From the NCBI RefSeq assembly GCF_022045235.1, contig NW_027266319.1, positions 42,532,001-42,596,000 of the forward strand: DNA of 64,000 nt, given 5' to 3'. The stretch comes from Haliotis cracherodii (lineage: Eukaryota). The translations under genes were made by a program, and so were the position numbers. The stretch's first letter is position 1. The number at the start of each line of letters is the position of its first letter. Under the pieces are notes generated by a model. The model did no database searches, had not been told where the DNA came from, and saw only the letters and a list, made by a program, of their open reading frames with translations. Of the stretch, positions 1 through 10,917 are shown in pieces.

Positions 1-562
1 TACATCAAATGTATTAACACGAGTAGATGAAAGTTTAAAACTCGAAGTCCTATCTGAACAGTGTCAGTTTAAGACACAGGTTCTCCTAACTGACTGACTG
101 ATATAGAAGATTTAACGTGCGCTTTCCGACTGTAGCGTATTTCGCACAAGGGCCTGGCCAGACCATTTAGTGTATTCCGAAAAGGGTGAAAGTGGTGTGT
201 GCAACCCAAGAGGGGGCTTTTAGGGGTTGCTTAATTATATTGATTTTTTGGAATTTTTAAATTTGGAATAAATGCTGAGGTGGGTGGAGGAGGAAACTAA
301 GGAGATTAATTAGTTTTTAAATGCGCTTAATTAGGTCTGTTTTGATTAGGAATACGCCTAGGGCCTTGAAGTTTTCTAGTTTATTTTGAGGGTTTAGTAT
401 TTCATCTAGAGTAGGAACCTTATTTAGATTGAGGGTGGTTTGTAGTGTGGTTCTGTGTGTTTGGTAGTGGGTGCAGTGGATGAGTGCGTGTTCTGTGGTT
501 TCGGGTTGTTTGCAGTGGGGGCAGTTGCCAGTGGTGTGCCTTTTAAGTTTTTTTAGGTGGTT

Positions 563-1618
563 ATTATCCCCCGCCACGAAGTGGAAGGGGGATATAGGAA
601 TAAGTGCCGTCCGTCCGTCCGTCACATTTCGTTTCCGGAGCAGATCTCGAAAACTGTACCATATTTCTTCACCAAACTTGGCACATAGATAGATCTAGTG
701 GTGAACTGGTGCCTTTTGATAGTTTGGGATATAAAAAAAAGTTATGTTTTGAGTTTCCATGGCAACGACTTTGATTTAGACTGAAAATGGTTGTAGTCCT
801 CGTTTCCGGAGCAGATCTTGAAAACCGTACCATTTTTCTTAACCATATGTTGCACATTGATAGGTCTAGTGGTGAACTGGTGCCTTTTGATAGTTTGGGA
901 TATAAAAAAAAGTTATTTTGCGAGTTTCCATGGCAAAGACTTTGATTTAGACTGAAAATGGCAGTAGTCCTCGTTTCCGGAGCAGATCTTGAAAACCGTA
1001 CCATATTTCTTCACCAAACTTGGCACATAGATAGATCTAGTGGTGAACTGGTGCCTTTTGATAGTTTGGGATTTTTAAAAAAGTTATTTTTTGAGTTTCC
1101 ATGGCAACGACTTTGATTTAGACTGAAAATGGTGGTAGTCCTCGTTTCCGGTGCAGATCTTGAAAACCGTACCATTTTTCTTAACCATATGTTGCACATT
1201 GATAGGTCTAGTGGTGAACTGGTGCCTTTTGATAGTTTGGGATATAAAAAAAAGTTATTTTGCGAGTTTCCATGGCAACGACTTTGATTTAGACTGAAAA
1301 TGGCAGTAGTCCTCGTTTCCGGAGCAGATCTTGAAAACCGTACCATATTTCTTCACCAAACTTGGCACATAGATAGATCTAGTGGTGAACTGGTGCCTTT
1401 TGATAGTTTGGGATTTTTAAAAAAGTTATTTTTTGAGTTTCCATGGCAACGACTTTGATTTAGACTGAAAATGGAGGTAGTCCTCGTTTCTGGAGCAGAT
1501 CTTGAAAAACGTAGTATATTTCTTTTCAAAAAGGCTCAGTGAACATAGTTCACAGGAGTTAATGCATTGCACACATCCGACATGTCATATTGGCGGGGTA
1601 TGTGAGTATTTCATGCTT
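563..1618 (+). mobile_element. Non-autonomous Helentron/DINE-1(HINE)-like element carrying a 171-bp tandem array
   Basis: 5' stem-loop tatccccc-gccacgaagtgg-aa-gggggata, (GTCC)n microsatellite at 607-622, internal tandem repeats, 3' subterminal inverted repeat ggcggggtat (1592-1601) followed by a short imperfect hairpin; inserted at a TT in the LINE ORF. Confidence 0.75.
630..1510. repeat. 171-bp satellite, ~5.2 units in an alternating A/B (342-bp) higher-order pattern
   Basis: cgtttcc/tgg unit starts at 630, 801, 972, 1143, 1314 and 1485. Units 1, 3, 5 carry caccaaacttggcacatagatag; units 2, 4 carry aaccatatgttgcacattgatag. Confidence 0.95.
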
Positions 1619-3176
1619 GTTTAGGTTAGTGTGTCCTGTTTGGAGTTTTGTAATTAATCTGTCAATTTTTTTTGAGGGGTATAGGATTTTAGGTTTGGCT
1701 AGTGGTTTTCTGAGCTATTTGAGTTTTGATATTGATTATGCCATTTTTTGGTTATTTTTTGTTTGTTTACACTTTTAATTTCTGATTTTGAGATGGGTAG
1801 GTTTAGGCTTATTTCTGGTATTTTGAGAGATAATTTAGCTGTTTTATCGGCGCTCTTGTTGCGGTAAATTCCTGCGTGGGTTGGGATCCACAAGAAGGTT
1901 ATTTGTTTGCCTGCTTTTGTTAGGTCGTTGGAGCTTTTAAGTATTTGGTTTATTAATTTATGTCGTTTTTTGGTATTTTTGTTTTGGAGGGCTTGTAGTC
2001 CACTAAGGGAGACGGTGAGAATTAGGATTTTATTGTTGTTTTTAGATTGTTGGTTTTGCAGGCTGAGGCCATGCCCATAAGTTCGGCCATGAATATAGAG
2101 GTGGTTGTTAGGGAGTCGGTAAGATTGTGTGGATATAACTGGTTGTGTGGTATGGACTCCGAAGCCTGTGTGGTTGGAGATCGGGTCTGAAGATCCGTCA
2201 GTGTATATGTGACACCAATTTGGCCAATTTTCATGTATGTATGCAAGTGTGGTGGTTTTAGCTATGTTTGGGTCGGTTTGTTTATTTATTTGGTTTGCTA
2301 GCATTGTGTCTATTTGGGGTATTTTGAGTTCAGGGGTGAAGATATTTGATTTTTTGCAGTTTTGTTTAAGATTTTGAGTTTGGTGTTCATTGAGGTAGTT
2401 AGTTATTCTTTGGGATATTGGGGTGAGTAAGGGGTGTTTGCAAGCTAGAGCTTGGTTTCTTGGGCTAATGTTTTGGTTAATTAAGTTTTGGATGAGAGGG
2501 TTTGTTTGGGACGCGGCCCAGAAATTAAGGCTTAGATGTTCCCTGCGTAGATTTAGTGGCATTTCCCCTGTAAGTGCCTGAAGTGAGGTGTAGGAGGTGC
2601 CACTTACATGGACTTTTACATGAAAGGTCCAGCATTGTTCAGCCTCTCTTCAGGTTACTGGTATTCCCAGGTGTCTGTTTGTCTGGTTGTTTATCTGACT
2701 AAAAGACATTTGTCAGGCTGGTGTACATTTACCAGGATTAGTAAGTAATATTGATGTGTATTTCTTCAGCCTGTCTGGTGTACACAAGCTGTGATTTCTG
2801 TGAACGAGTCATGTGAATGTCATATTGTCAGGCATGAAGTAATGGCGCTGTGTGGTGAATATGTTTACAGGGCAACTGTCTCCTTGCATTGTGTAAGTGA
2901 GATTTAAATATGAATTGTTTGATGGGTTTGTGTCCATGTCATAGCGTATGTAATGATTGTCATACAAGAGGATTATGGAGTTAAGCTGACTGGGGGAGGG
3001 CTCAGATCTTCTCCCTGCTTCCCCACTCACTGTGTCCAGGCATATTGAGGCAGTCCTGCTGCAGGCAACCACACCACTGACAATCTCAGCCCAGGATGTT
3101 CAGGATAAAGGGACTTCCAGGTTAATAAACAACTGTCAGCAGTCCTTACTACAATGTTAGAATTACACTTAAGGAC

Positions 3177-3215
3177 ATGGAAAAGGTTCGGCCCAGATAT
3201 TTAGAGGACCAGCAA
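3177..3215 (+). CDS. Weak candidate alternative first coding exon of the IRBIT-like gene (MEKVRPRYLEDQQ, phase 0)
   Basis: gacATGG start with in-frame stops upstream; donor CAA|GTAAAG in phase 0, matching the acceptor at 15657. The donor is only moderate and there is no homology evidence. Confidence 0.2.
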
Positions 3216-3332
3216 GTAAAGAACAGGGAAGACTTTAGTAGCCTCATAGGAGAAGGCCGGATAAGCTGGGAAAGCTCATGGTGACAAAAGAGTATTATAC
3301 TGAAGGACATAAGAAAGCAACAATGTCAAGTA

Positions 3333-3508
3333 CAGTAAACAACGGTTATAGCGAACACGCTTATAACGAACTGACGGATATAACGAACTAACTTATTTGG
3401 TCCCGACTATTTGTTGTAGTTATTCTGTATACATGCTTATAACGAACTACGGTTATAACGAACTGTAATTAGTAGTCCCCACGAGTTCGTTATAACCGTA
3501 GTTTACTG
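3333..3508. mobile_element. Tc1/mariner(pogo)-type MITE
   Basis: TIRs cagtaaacaacggttatagcgaac / gttcgttataaccgtagtttactg; TA target duplication at 3331-3332 and 3509-3510; internal ttataacgaac repeats. Confidence 0.9.
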
Positions 3509-4199
3509 TATACTTGAAAGCTTTTTATTTAAGATTATGTGGATAACGATGCTCTGGCCTAGAAGTACCTCATCGTTTAACTAAGAATTACATCTCCCAA
3601 GTCCAACTTTATCTGCAATTGGCACCTGCTTCCTTCAAATGAAACAGATGGATGAAATTTCCACAAATATTCTTTCCTAATTGGAAATGCACCAACTTAT
3701 TATATTGTTCACAAGTTTTTACGATCAATAGAAAGATCTTATTTTCTTACATTGATGTTGCCACACATATTCCTGAGCATTAAATGTGTCATGCATATGC
3801 CTTTGAGGTACAGAGATGTTATAGAACTCCATACAAAGCTAGTCATAAGATAGCTGGGAAAAGAATGTTTTGTAAGTTGTTTTGTTATAGCAATATTTCT
3901 CTGTATTTTTGTGTATCATGGAAAGAAGGAAATATTCCTGTATGAATGGAGCAGTATAGTTATAAAGACTAGTCATGCTTTTTACAAAAAAAATCAAGTG
4001 GCAAAATATTCTCAAGTAGATGCCACTTCACATTATAATAACACATTATATATGCATATTCATGATGTCTGAAGCCTGACCCAATTATTAGTGAAATTCA
4101 ACAATCCGTAACAGCACTAAAACTTCCTCTGCCCCATGCCATGTGTGCACGGAGAGAGTCTTTCTGTATATATCTGTTGATGTACAGTGAAGCCCCTTT

Positions 4200-4355
4200 C
4201 AGTGGTAGAAATTGGCACTAGTCCTGTTGTCCTTACCAAACTATTGGGCAGTTTGGTATCATAAGGACTAGTAGAGATTTGCCAATTTTTTTTGGTTTTT
4301 CTATATGTTATCGTTGTAAGGACTAGTGGACTAAAAATGTTAGTTTCTACCGCTG
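4200..4355 (+). mobile_element. hAT-like MITE (CAG...CTG ends); second copy at 61466-61621 in the opposite orientation
   Basis: TIRs cagtggtagaaatt / agtttctaccgctg; subterminal ggactagt motifs; flanks cccttt / ctcttt. Confidence 0.75.
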
Positions 4356-5045
4356 CTCTTTACTTACACCAAGTACTTATAAATAAGGGAGCATCTGAAA
4401 CTACTGATCTGTCCATTGTTGGACTTGAATGGAATTAGAACAGTAGACAATAATACATGCATTCTTTCCATACTGTTAAGATATGTAATCTCAAGAAATA
4501 CAGAAAGTTAACATATCATTTGAGTAAACATGGTAAATGTCTGGCAGGCTGGTTTGTTACCGACCACCTTAGCGGGACTCTTAGGAAGTTTAACCGCCTC
4601 CAACATGAATGTTGTTGCGAGACAATGACTTTAATTGATAAAGACAAGAAAATGGGTTTTTCCAATAATCTTGTTTGATCTGCTAGAAAGTCCTTATTGC
4701 CTTGTATGTGTTGGTTGTGTGGTAGGACATGTGGATATACATGGACCACCTAGAGCATCCTGTGTGAACAACTTGCATCAATACGGTTTTCTTAGAAACC
4801 TGAATCTTTGATATCATTTATCAATGATTGTGTTCAATGACAGTTGAGCACGATCCCTGAGGTGTTTGTGTTAGACTACTGCAGTAAGAGGTTTCGAGAC
4901 ACTGGATGTTGTTGCTTGTATTGATTTGAGATTTTTTGTGTATGTGGCAACCAAGACACCATGTTGATGTAGCAAGTGTAAATGGGTATGTTGGATGAGG
5001 TGGTTGGGGTAGGCTTGATCAGAATGTCATTTGAAACCTGCCTTG

Positions 5046-5718
5046 CCAGCATGTGTTGCAGTGTGCCCTGTCTGCAGCATGTGTCTCTATGTGCCCTGTC
5101 TGCAGCATGTGTCTCAGTGTGCCCTGTCTGCAGCATGTGTCTCAGTGTGCCCTGTCTGCAGCATGTGTCTCAATGTGCCCTGTCTGCAGCATGTGTCTCT
5201 ATGTGCCCTGTCAGCAGCATTTGTCTCAGTGTGGCCTGTCTGCAGCATGTGTCTCTATATGCCCTGTCTGCAGCATTCGTCTCTGTGTGCCCTGTCTGCA
5301 GCATGTGTTGCAGTGTGCCCTGTCTGCAGCATGTGTCTCTATATGCCCTGTCAGCAGCATGTGTCTCTATGTGCCATATCTGCAGCATGTGTCTCTATGT
5401 GCCCTGTCTGCAGCATGTGTCTCTATGTGCCCTGTCTGCAGCATGTGTCTCAGTGTGCCCTGTCTGCAGCATGTGTCTCAGTGTGCCCTGTCTGCAGCAT
5501 GTGTCTCTATATGCCCTGTCTGCAGCATGTGTCTCTATGTGCCCTGTCAGCAGCATTTGTCTCAATGTGCCCTGTCTGCAGCATGTGTCTCTATGTGCCC
5601 TGTCTGCAGCATGTGTCTCAATGTGCCCTGTCTGCAGCATGTGTCTCTATGTGCCCTGTCTGCAGCATGTGTCTCTATGTGCCCTGTCTGCAGCATGTGT
5701 CTCTATATGCCCTGTCTG
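5046..5718. repeat. 28-bp minisatellite (gcagcatgtgtctctatgtgccctgtct), ~24 copies
   Basis: Direct periodicity in the sequence; explains the Cys-rich ORFs in several frames. Confidence 0.95.
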
Positions 5719-6109
5719 CTACAGTGTATACATTGTTTTGTGGCAGAGCATCCTGTGTGAACAACTTGTACTTCTACAGCCAACTGACCACATTGTGTTT
5801 GTGACAAATAGGAGACAAGGACCTTGATCTGTTCCACTACACTGGGCAGGGTTCTCATTGTTGCACTTCAAGCAGTAAACAAAGATGGAAATTAATAAAA
5901 TCATTTCCAAAAAAAATGATTGATTTGATAGTTTTAATGATCAGCTCTAATAGCAGCCTTGTCATGTGGTTTGCATCAACATCTCTTTATCTACCAGAAT
6001 GATGCACTTGATCAGGGAATCCAGGTTCTTGCAAAGTTATGGTCTCTTGCACACTTATGCTATACATGCTTCTGGAATAATCTTGTTGCAGATGTGATGA
6101 ATGATGCTT

Positions 6110-7000
6110 CCTGACCCCACCTCAGCTCTCATCCTTACACCTCCTCTCCACCCACCACAGCTCTGATCCTGACCCCACCTCCCCCACCACAGCTCTCATC
6201 CTTACACCTCCTCCACCTACCTCAGCTCTGATCCTGACCTCTCCCCCCCCACCACCACCACCACCACCACCACAGCTCTCGCCTGACCCCCCCCCCCCCC
6301 CCACACACACACACCACCACCAACAACAACAACAACACAGCTCTCAGCCTGACCCCACCCCCCCCAACCACAGCTCTCATCCTGACCCACCCCCCACACA
6401 CCACCACACACCACCACCACCAACACAGCTCTCAGCCTGATCCCACCTCCCCCACCACAGCTCTCATCCTGATCAAACCTCCCCCACCTCAGCTCTGATC
6501 CTGACCCCACCTCCCCACCACAGCTCTAATCCTGACCCTACCTCCCCCACCACGGCTTTCATCCTGACCCCACCTCCCCCAACACAGCTCTCATCCTGAT
6601 TCCACCTCCCCCACCTCAGCTCTCATCCTGACCCCACCTCCTCCAACACAGCTCTGATCCTGACCCCACCTCCCCCATCTCAGCTCTGATCTTGAATCCA
6701 CCTCCCCCACCACAGATCTGATCCTGATCCCACCTGCACCCACCACAGATCTAATCCTGACCCACCTAAGCTCTAATCCTGACCCACCACCCCCACCTCA
6801 GCTCTGATCCCGACCCACCTTCCCCACCTCAGCTCCCCCACCTCAGCTCTGATCCTGACCCTACCTCCCCCACCTCAGCTCTGATCCTGACCCTACCTCC
6901 CCTACCTCAGCTCTGATCCTGACCCTACCTTCCCCACCTCAGCTCTGATCCTGCCCCTCCTCAGCTCTGATCCTGCCCCTCCTCCCCCTCCCCCCTTCCC
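6110..7000. repeat. C-rich ~33-bp degenerate minisatellite (cagctctgatcctgaccccacctccccaccac) with embedded poly-C and (CAC/CAA)n
   Basis: Repeated cagctct..cctgacccc motif; strong C/G strand asymmetry. Confidence 0.9.
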
Positions 7001-7675
7001 CTTGGCCACCTTCAGCCTCAATACTCCTGTCAATTAAGAGCGTGACTTCTGCTTCTGGAGGAGTGTTGTTCTTCCTTTAAGAGACCACTACATTGTGTTT
7101 ATTATGGGCAGTTTATGTCTTGACATTTTTATTAGTCTGACTGAAATGGCAAGGAGAAATGTGTTTTGACATGACTTTGTACCAGCTCATAAGTCCATAT
7201 GCATGATGCAGTGCTTTTCTCCTATGTTCAAGCTATGAATGCAACATTTGAAACTTTATTTAGGCCAGACCAATTTAATTGATAGGATTACAGATTTTTT
7301 CGGGTAAAGTGGCTGAATGGAGGAGGGAATTTAAAAAAAAAAAAAAAAGGTACTTGAGAGAAATTTTTTTCGCAGGTATTACGGATTTTAGGAGGCAGGA
7401 ATGCTGATAGGAGGAAATAAAAAATAAAAACATAAAAATCCCTCACTTGTGCCACAGAAGCTACAAAAGTATTTCAGTATTACCTACCACGCATGTTGCA
7501 ATCAATGCACTATAGTCCCTTTATCTAATGACACTCCTTACTGATGACCAGGGTTTATAGGTATCTTTTGGCAGTTTTCCACAAGCAGGTAGACTTCAAC
7601 AACAAGCTTTTAACTTATTAAAGTTTTATTGTATTTTAAAAATATAAAAACATTGTGAAATACACTGAAATTAAG

Positions 7676-7727
7676 GTTACATCCCATTAGTAAGACATCC
7701 CATTAGTGAGACACCCATAGTAAGACA
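7676..7727 (+). repeat. Three tandem cccattagtaagaca-like motifs; probable left terminal/subterminal repeat of the MULE
   Basis: catcccattagtaagacatcccattagtgagacacccatagtaagaca ~230 bp upstream of the transposase; no matching right end found. Confidence 0.45.
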
Positions 7728-7957
7728 GTGGAGTAGATGGGATTAAACAAACACAGCCAGTCTACCCACTTAACAATGGTCACAGCCCATGATTAACAGA
7801 TTAGAGTAGGCCAGTAATTCTGTTTGAATATTCTCAGGAAATAAATGAGTTATGAGCTAGTAGGAGCTTACTCAAAAAGTTGACATGCATGTTTTGTTAA
7901 AACTTACTTATTACACATATAAATTCCCCCTAGGCTGTGAACATTTCATGCACAATC

Positions 7958-9194
7958 ATGGCAGGTTTGCAACAGGTTGAGTTCATTGCAAGTCAAAGAG
8001 GTACTCTCCAGGTCCTCTTTCAGGGATATCTCCACTACAAGAACAAAATAAGACAAACTGGTACTCATTGGCTATGTACCGTTAAGACCTGCATTGGCAA
8101 ATGTACAACAGTTGAAAATTTCACTGTACACAACCACCCACCAGAAGACACCAGCAGAATCCAGTTCCTTGGCAGCTTAAGAAAGAGAGCAAGAGAAGAA
8201 CCAACCACTCCTATGCCAGCCCTCTACAACGACGAGGTCTTGAGACATGATCTGGAGGCTGCAGCTACATTTCCCTCCTTCAGCGCAGTCGGCAGCGCCA
8301 TGTACAGACACCGCAGTCACACCATCCCGAAACTCCCTAAAACCAGAGCTGAAGTCGACGTTAGAGCCCTCCGGACAGAGTTTCAAGGTTCAGACATCAA
8401 GGGGTGTTTCTTCCACTTTACCCAGGCGATTTGGAGGAAAACACAGGAGCTTGGTCTTGCTGTCTTGCCTCTGCTGCCTCTTCAACAGGTTCAGGATGCA
8501 TAGATTGACTCCATGAACCAGTCTCCCTATGTACCGAATGCTGACAAATTCAACGACTACATAGTCATAAACTGGGTGGATTATGAAGCCAGATTCCCTC
8601 TTTTGCTGTGGAGTGAGTGAGTGAGTGAGTGAGTGAGTTGGGTTTAACGCCGCTTTTAACAGTATTCCAGTTATATCGCAGCGTGTCAGCTTAATGTGGG
8701 AGGAAAGCCCCAAGTGATGCAGGTCTCTGACATTTACCACTTCGGTGAAACCCACGAGCACGGCTATGGTGCTGACAAACCTAGAAACATAATCGGGCGA
8801 ACCGGGATTCGAACCCACAATCAAAGGTTTCTGGCGTGCCCAAGGGACGCAAATCTGCACAGCGAATCGCGGTGCCTTTTCGCTGTGGAACCATCACCAG
8901 ACATTCGGCCCAAGGACCAACAACAACCTGGAGGGTTTCCAGAGTCGCCTCAATGCATCACTGAATCATCGTCATCCTAATCTCTACAGGTTCATCGAGA
9001 TCATCAAGAAGAGTGAGAAATCTGAGAAGACCAGGCTATCTCAGTTAGACCTAGGTGCAGCTCCACCAGCAAGAAAGCGTGTGTACAAGGAGATTGACAA
9101 TCGGCTTTCCAGACTGAAAGATCAGCTATCCCAGGGTGTCAAGACACCACTACAGTTCTTGGATGCTGTTGGCAAACTTCTGAAGATGGATTAA
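7958..9194 (+). pseudogene. Decayed Mutator-like (MULE) transposase with N-terminal FLYWCH-type zinc finger; internally deleted and SINE-interrupted
   Basis: W-C..C..HNH finger (THWLCTVKTCIGKC..VHNHPP); MULE CxxH motif KGCFFHFTQAIWRK; after the SINE it resumes LWNHHQTFGPRTNNNLEGFQSRLN..HPNLYRFIEIIK to TAA at 9192-9194. In-frame stop at 8501-8503; the first catalytic aspartates of the DDE core are not visible. Confidence 0.85.
8613..8875 (-). mobile_element. tRNA-derived SINE, family A (full length)
   Basis: B-box ggttcgaatcc; tail ggaatactgttaaaagcggcgttaaaccca(actc)n; imperfect TSD cttttgctgtgga / cttttcgctgtgga; homologous to 15310-15533 and 38333-38557. Confidence 0.9.
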
Positions 9195-10029
9195 GGTTGT
9201 GACAACCTCGATGTGAACTGTGATGTGAACTGTGATATTAACTTAAACTGAACTCTAAGTGGTGAATATGTTAAAACAATGGATTTAAGGGATGGATGAA
9301 TTAAAATGTTAAATGAAATAAAGTAAATGAGGGTATCAAGCATCTTGAGTCATTTCTTAAAACAGCACTTGGCTTCAAAACAAATATACATTTGGCACAT
9401 ACAAGTACTTGAAATACTCTGTCCAGTATAACTTTATCGTGTTAAATGATCAGGTAACACTCATGGCTGAAGTGTTATGCTAACATGTGGAATGCACTTA
9501 AATTAAATAGCCCTGTTTATTCTCGATTTTGCCACCACTGTCACATAATTTAGTCCAAAATCTGCTAAAACTTGCATAGGTGTAGTAAGTTCGACAATAA
9601 TCCCGTAGGAACCAGCCTTAGATTCTGTTGCATGCACCTCTTGAATAGAAAGTCCATCTCATCGGAGATTGACGATACGGCTTTCTTCGCCAAATCACCA
9701 ACTGTGTCATCCAGTGGACTTTCCATGATTCGCTTTGATAAGCACACACTACCCTTCAGAACGCTTATGCTGAAATACTTTACTGACATTGTCAAAAGAC
9801 ACCAGATAATAAAAGGCATTAAAACACACAAACTGACACCCCATGTCCTACACATGGTCCCGGCATATTCAATACACGCTGTGCGCATGCGGGAAACACT
9901 TGTAATTTAGAGTATGCATTTGATTGGCTATGTTCGCGTGGAATTTGCCAACACATTTGGAATTGATGGTTGAAATTTAGTTCTGGTGACCACCAAAGAC
10001 TGGCCGACTCAGAGTCAGTATACGTTTAG

Positions 10030-10117
10030 GTTAAACCACCAGGACCCAGTGTCTACTCGTTGAAATGGTTTAATCAACCATTTCAACAATTTTACACTGG
10101 GGTCCTAGTGGTCTAAC
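10030..10117. repeat. ~88-bp imperfect palindrome
   Basis: gttgaaatggtt-taatc-aaccatttcaac inner stem; outer arms gttaaaccaccaggacccagtgt / acactggggtcctagtggtctaac. Confidence 0.85.
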
Positions 10118-10731
10118 ATACTTAAACCATGTCACCTAAAATGCTTAAAAAACATTGTTTTGAAAATGGGTGCAACTGTATGCTTAACTGTGAGAACACT
10201 GTGTAAGTTGGCCCGGTGTGAAGCATGTGAAATGTGTTCCCCGAATCTTTCGTGCTTTTCCGATTTGTGTTATGAAATGCATGTCTTGGGGCAAGTATAC
10301 CATTCATTTTGGACCAACTCGAGCACATTTATCAATCAACTAAATATCATTTGGCCGTGTTGATGGGCCTATTATGATCAAATATAGCCCTGATCAAGAT
10401 ACTAGTAATTTCTTTTTGTTTCTTTGAACGAAAAGCTAGAAAATCACAAGTACTGTACACATACTGGAATGCATAGAGAATCATACTGGATAAAAATTGC
10501 ATAAAACACATTTCACAGTTCATAAAGGGATAAGCAATTGGTACTCATGTAAGAAAATAAGTAAATATTTAGTTGTTAATTTCATACCCTTTCTCCCATG
10601 TCGCCATGGCAGAAGACTGCATTTGTTAGCCTTCTGTGTGAACTGAAGAAGTTCCATCATTGCCAAGGGCTTTTTAACTAACAATTCAGTTAGTTAGACC
10701 ACGGTCAATGACAAAGGAGCCATGGTTTAAT

Positions 10732-10917
10732 TTGTCTAAGTGTGGTATTCATGTCAAACTGGGGCATGGTATCTCCGTGAGCTAGCACCATAAATCGGCA
10801 TTAGTCTGAACTAGTACAAGCAGCCACACACACACACACACACATCTGCATGCATGTCGCTATATAAGTGTAATAATGTTGAACGCGGCGTGAAACCCCA
10901 TTTAACCTAACCTCACC
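10732..10917 (+). mobile_element. SINE family B, 5'-truncated copy
   Basis: Matches the 3' half of 52765-53125 (ggcattagtc..actagtacaagcag..aaaccccat..acctcacc). Confidence 0.85.

Larger units (their letters stand above)
87..2601 (-). mobile_element. 5'-truncated, decayed non-LTR retrotransposon (I/Nimb-like LINE): RNase H domain, C-terminal CCHC knuckle, 3' UTR and (AGTC)n tail; interrupted at 563-1618
   Basis: ORF 1699-2562(-) shows non-LTR RNase H motifs IYTDGS, ILTVSLS and ITFLWIPTHAGIYRNKSADKTAK; the AEL motif is frameshifted into ORF 2022-2246. Across the insertion it reads LQTGHTNLN|NHLKK..CPHCKQPETTEHALIHC..FLIKTDLIKRI*. Microsatellite tail at 87-102. Confidence 0.85.

Noticed and set aside
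669-1346. Two near-identical 111-aa ORFs suggesting duplicated genes
   Set aside because: Products of the 342-bp higher-order satellite period.
4982-5827. Long Cys-rich ORFs resembling keratin-associated or metallothionein-like proteins
   Set aside because: They are translations of a 28-bp (non-3n) tandem repeat open in all three frames; no splice or start evidence.
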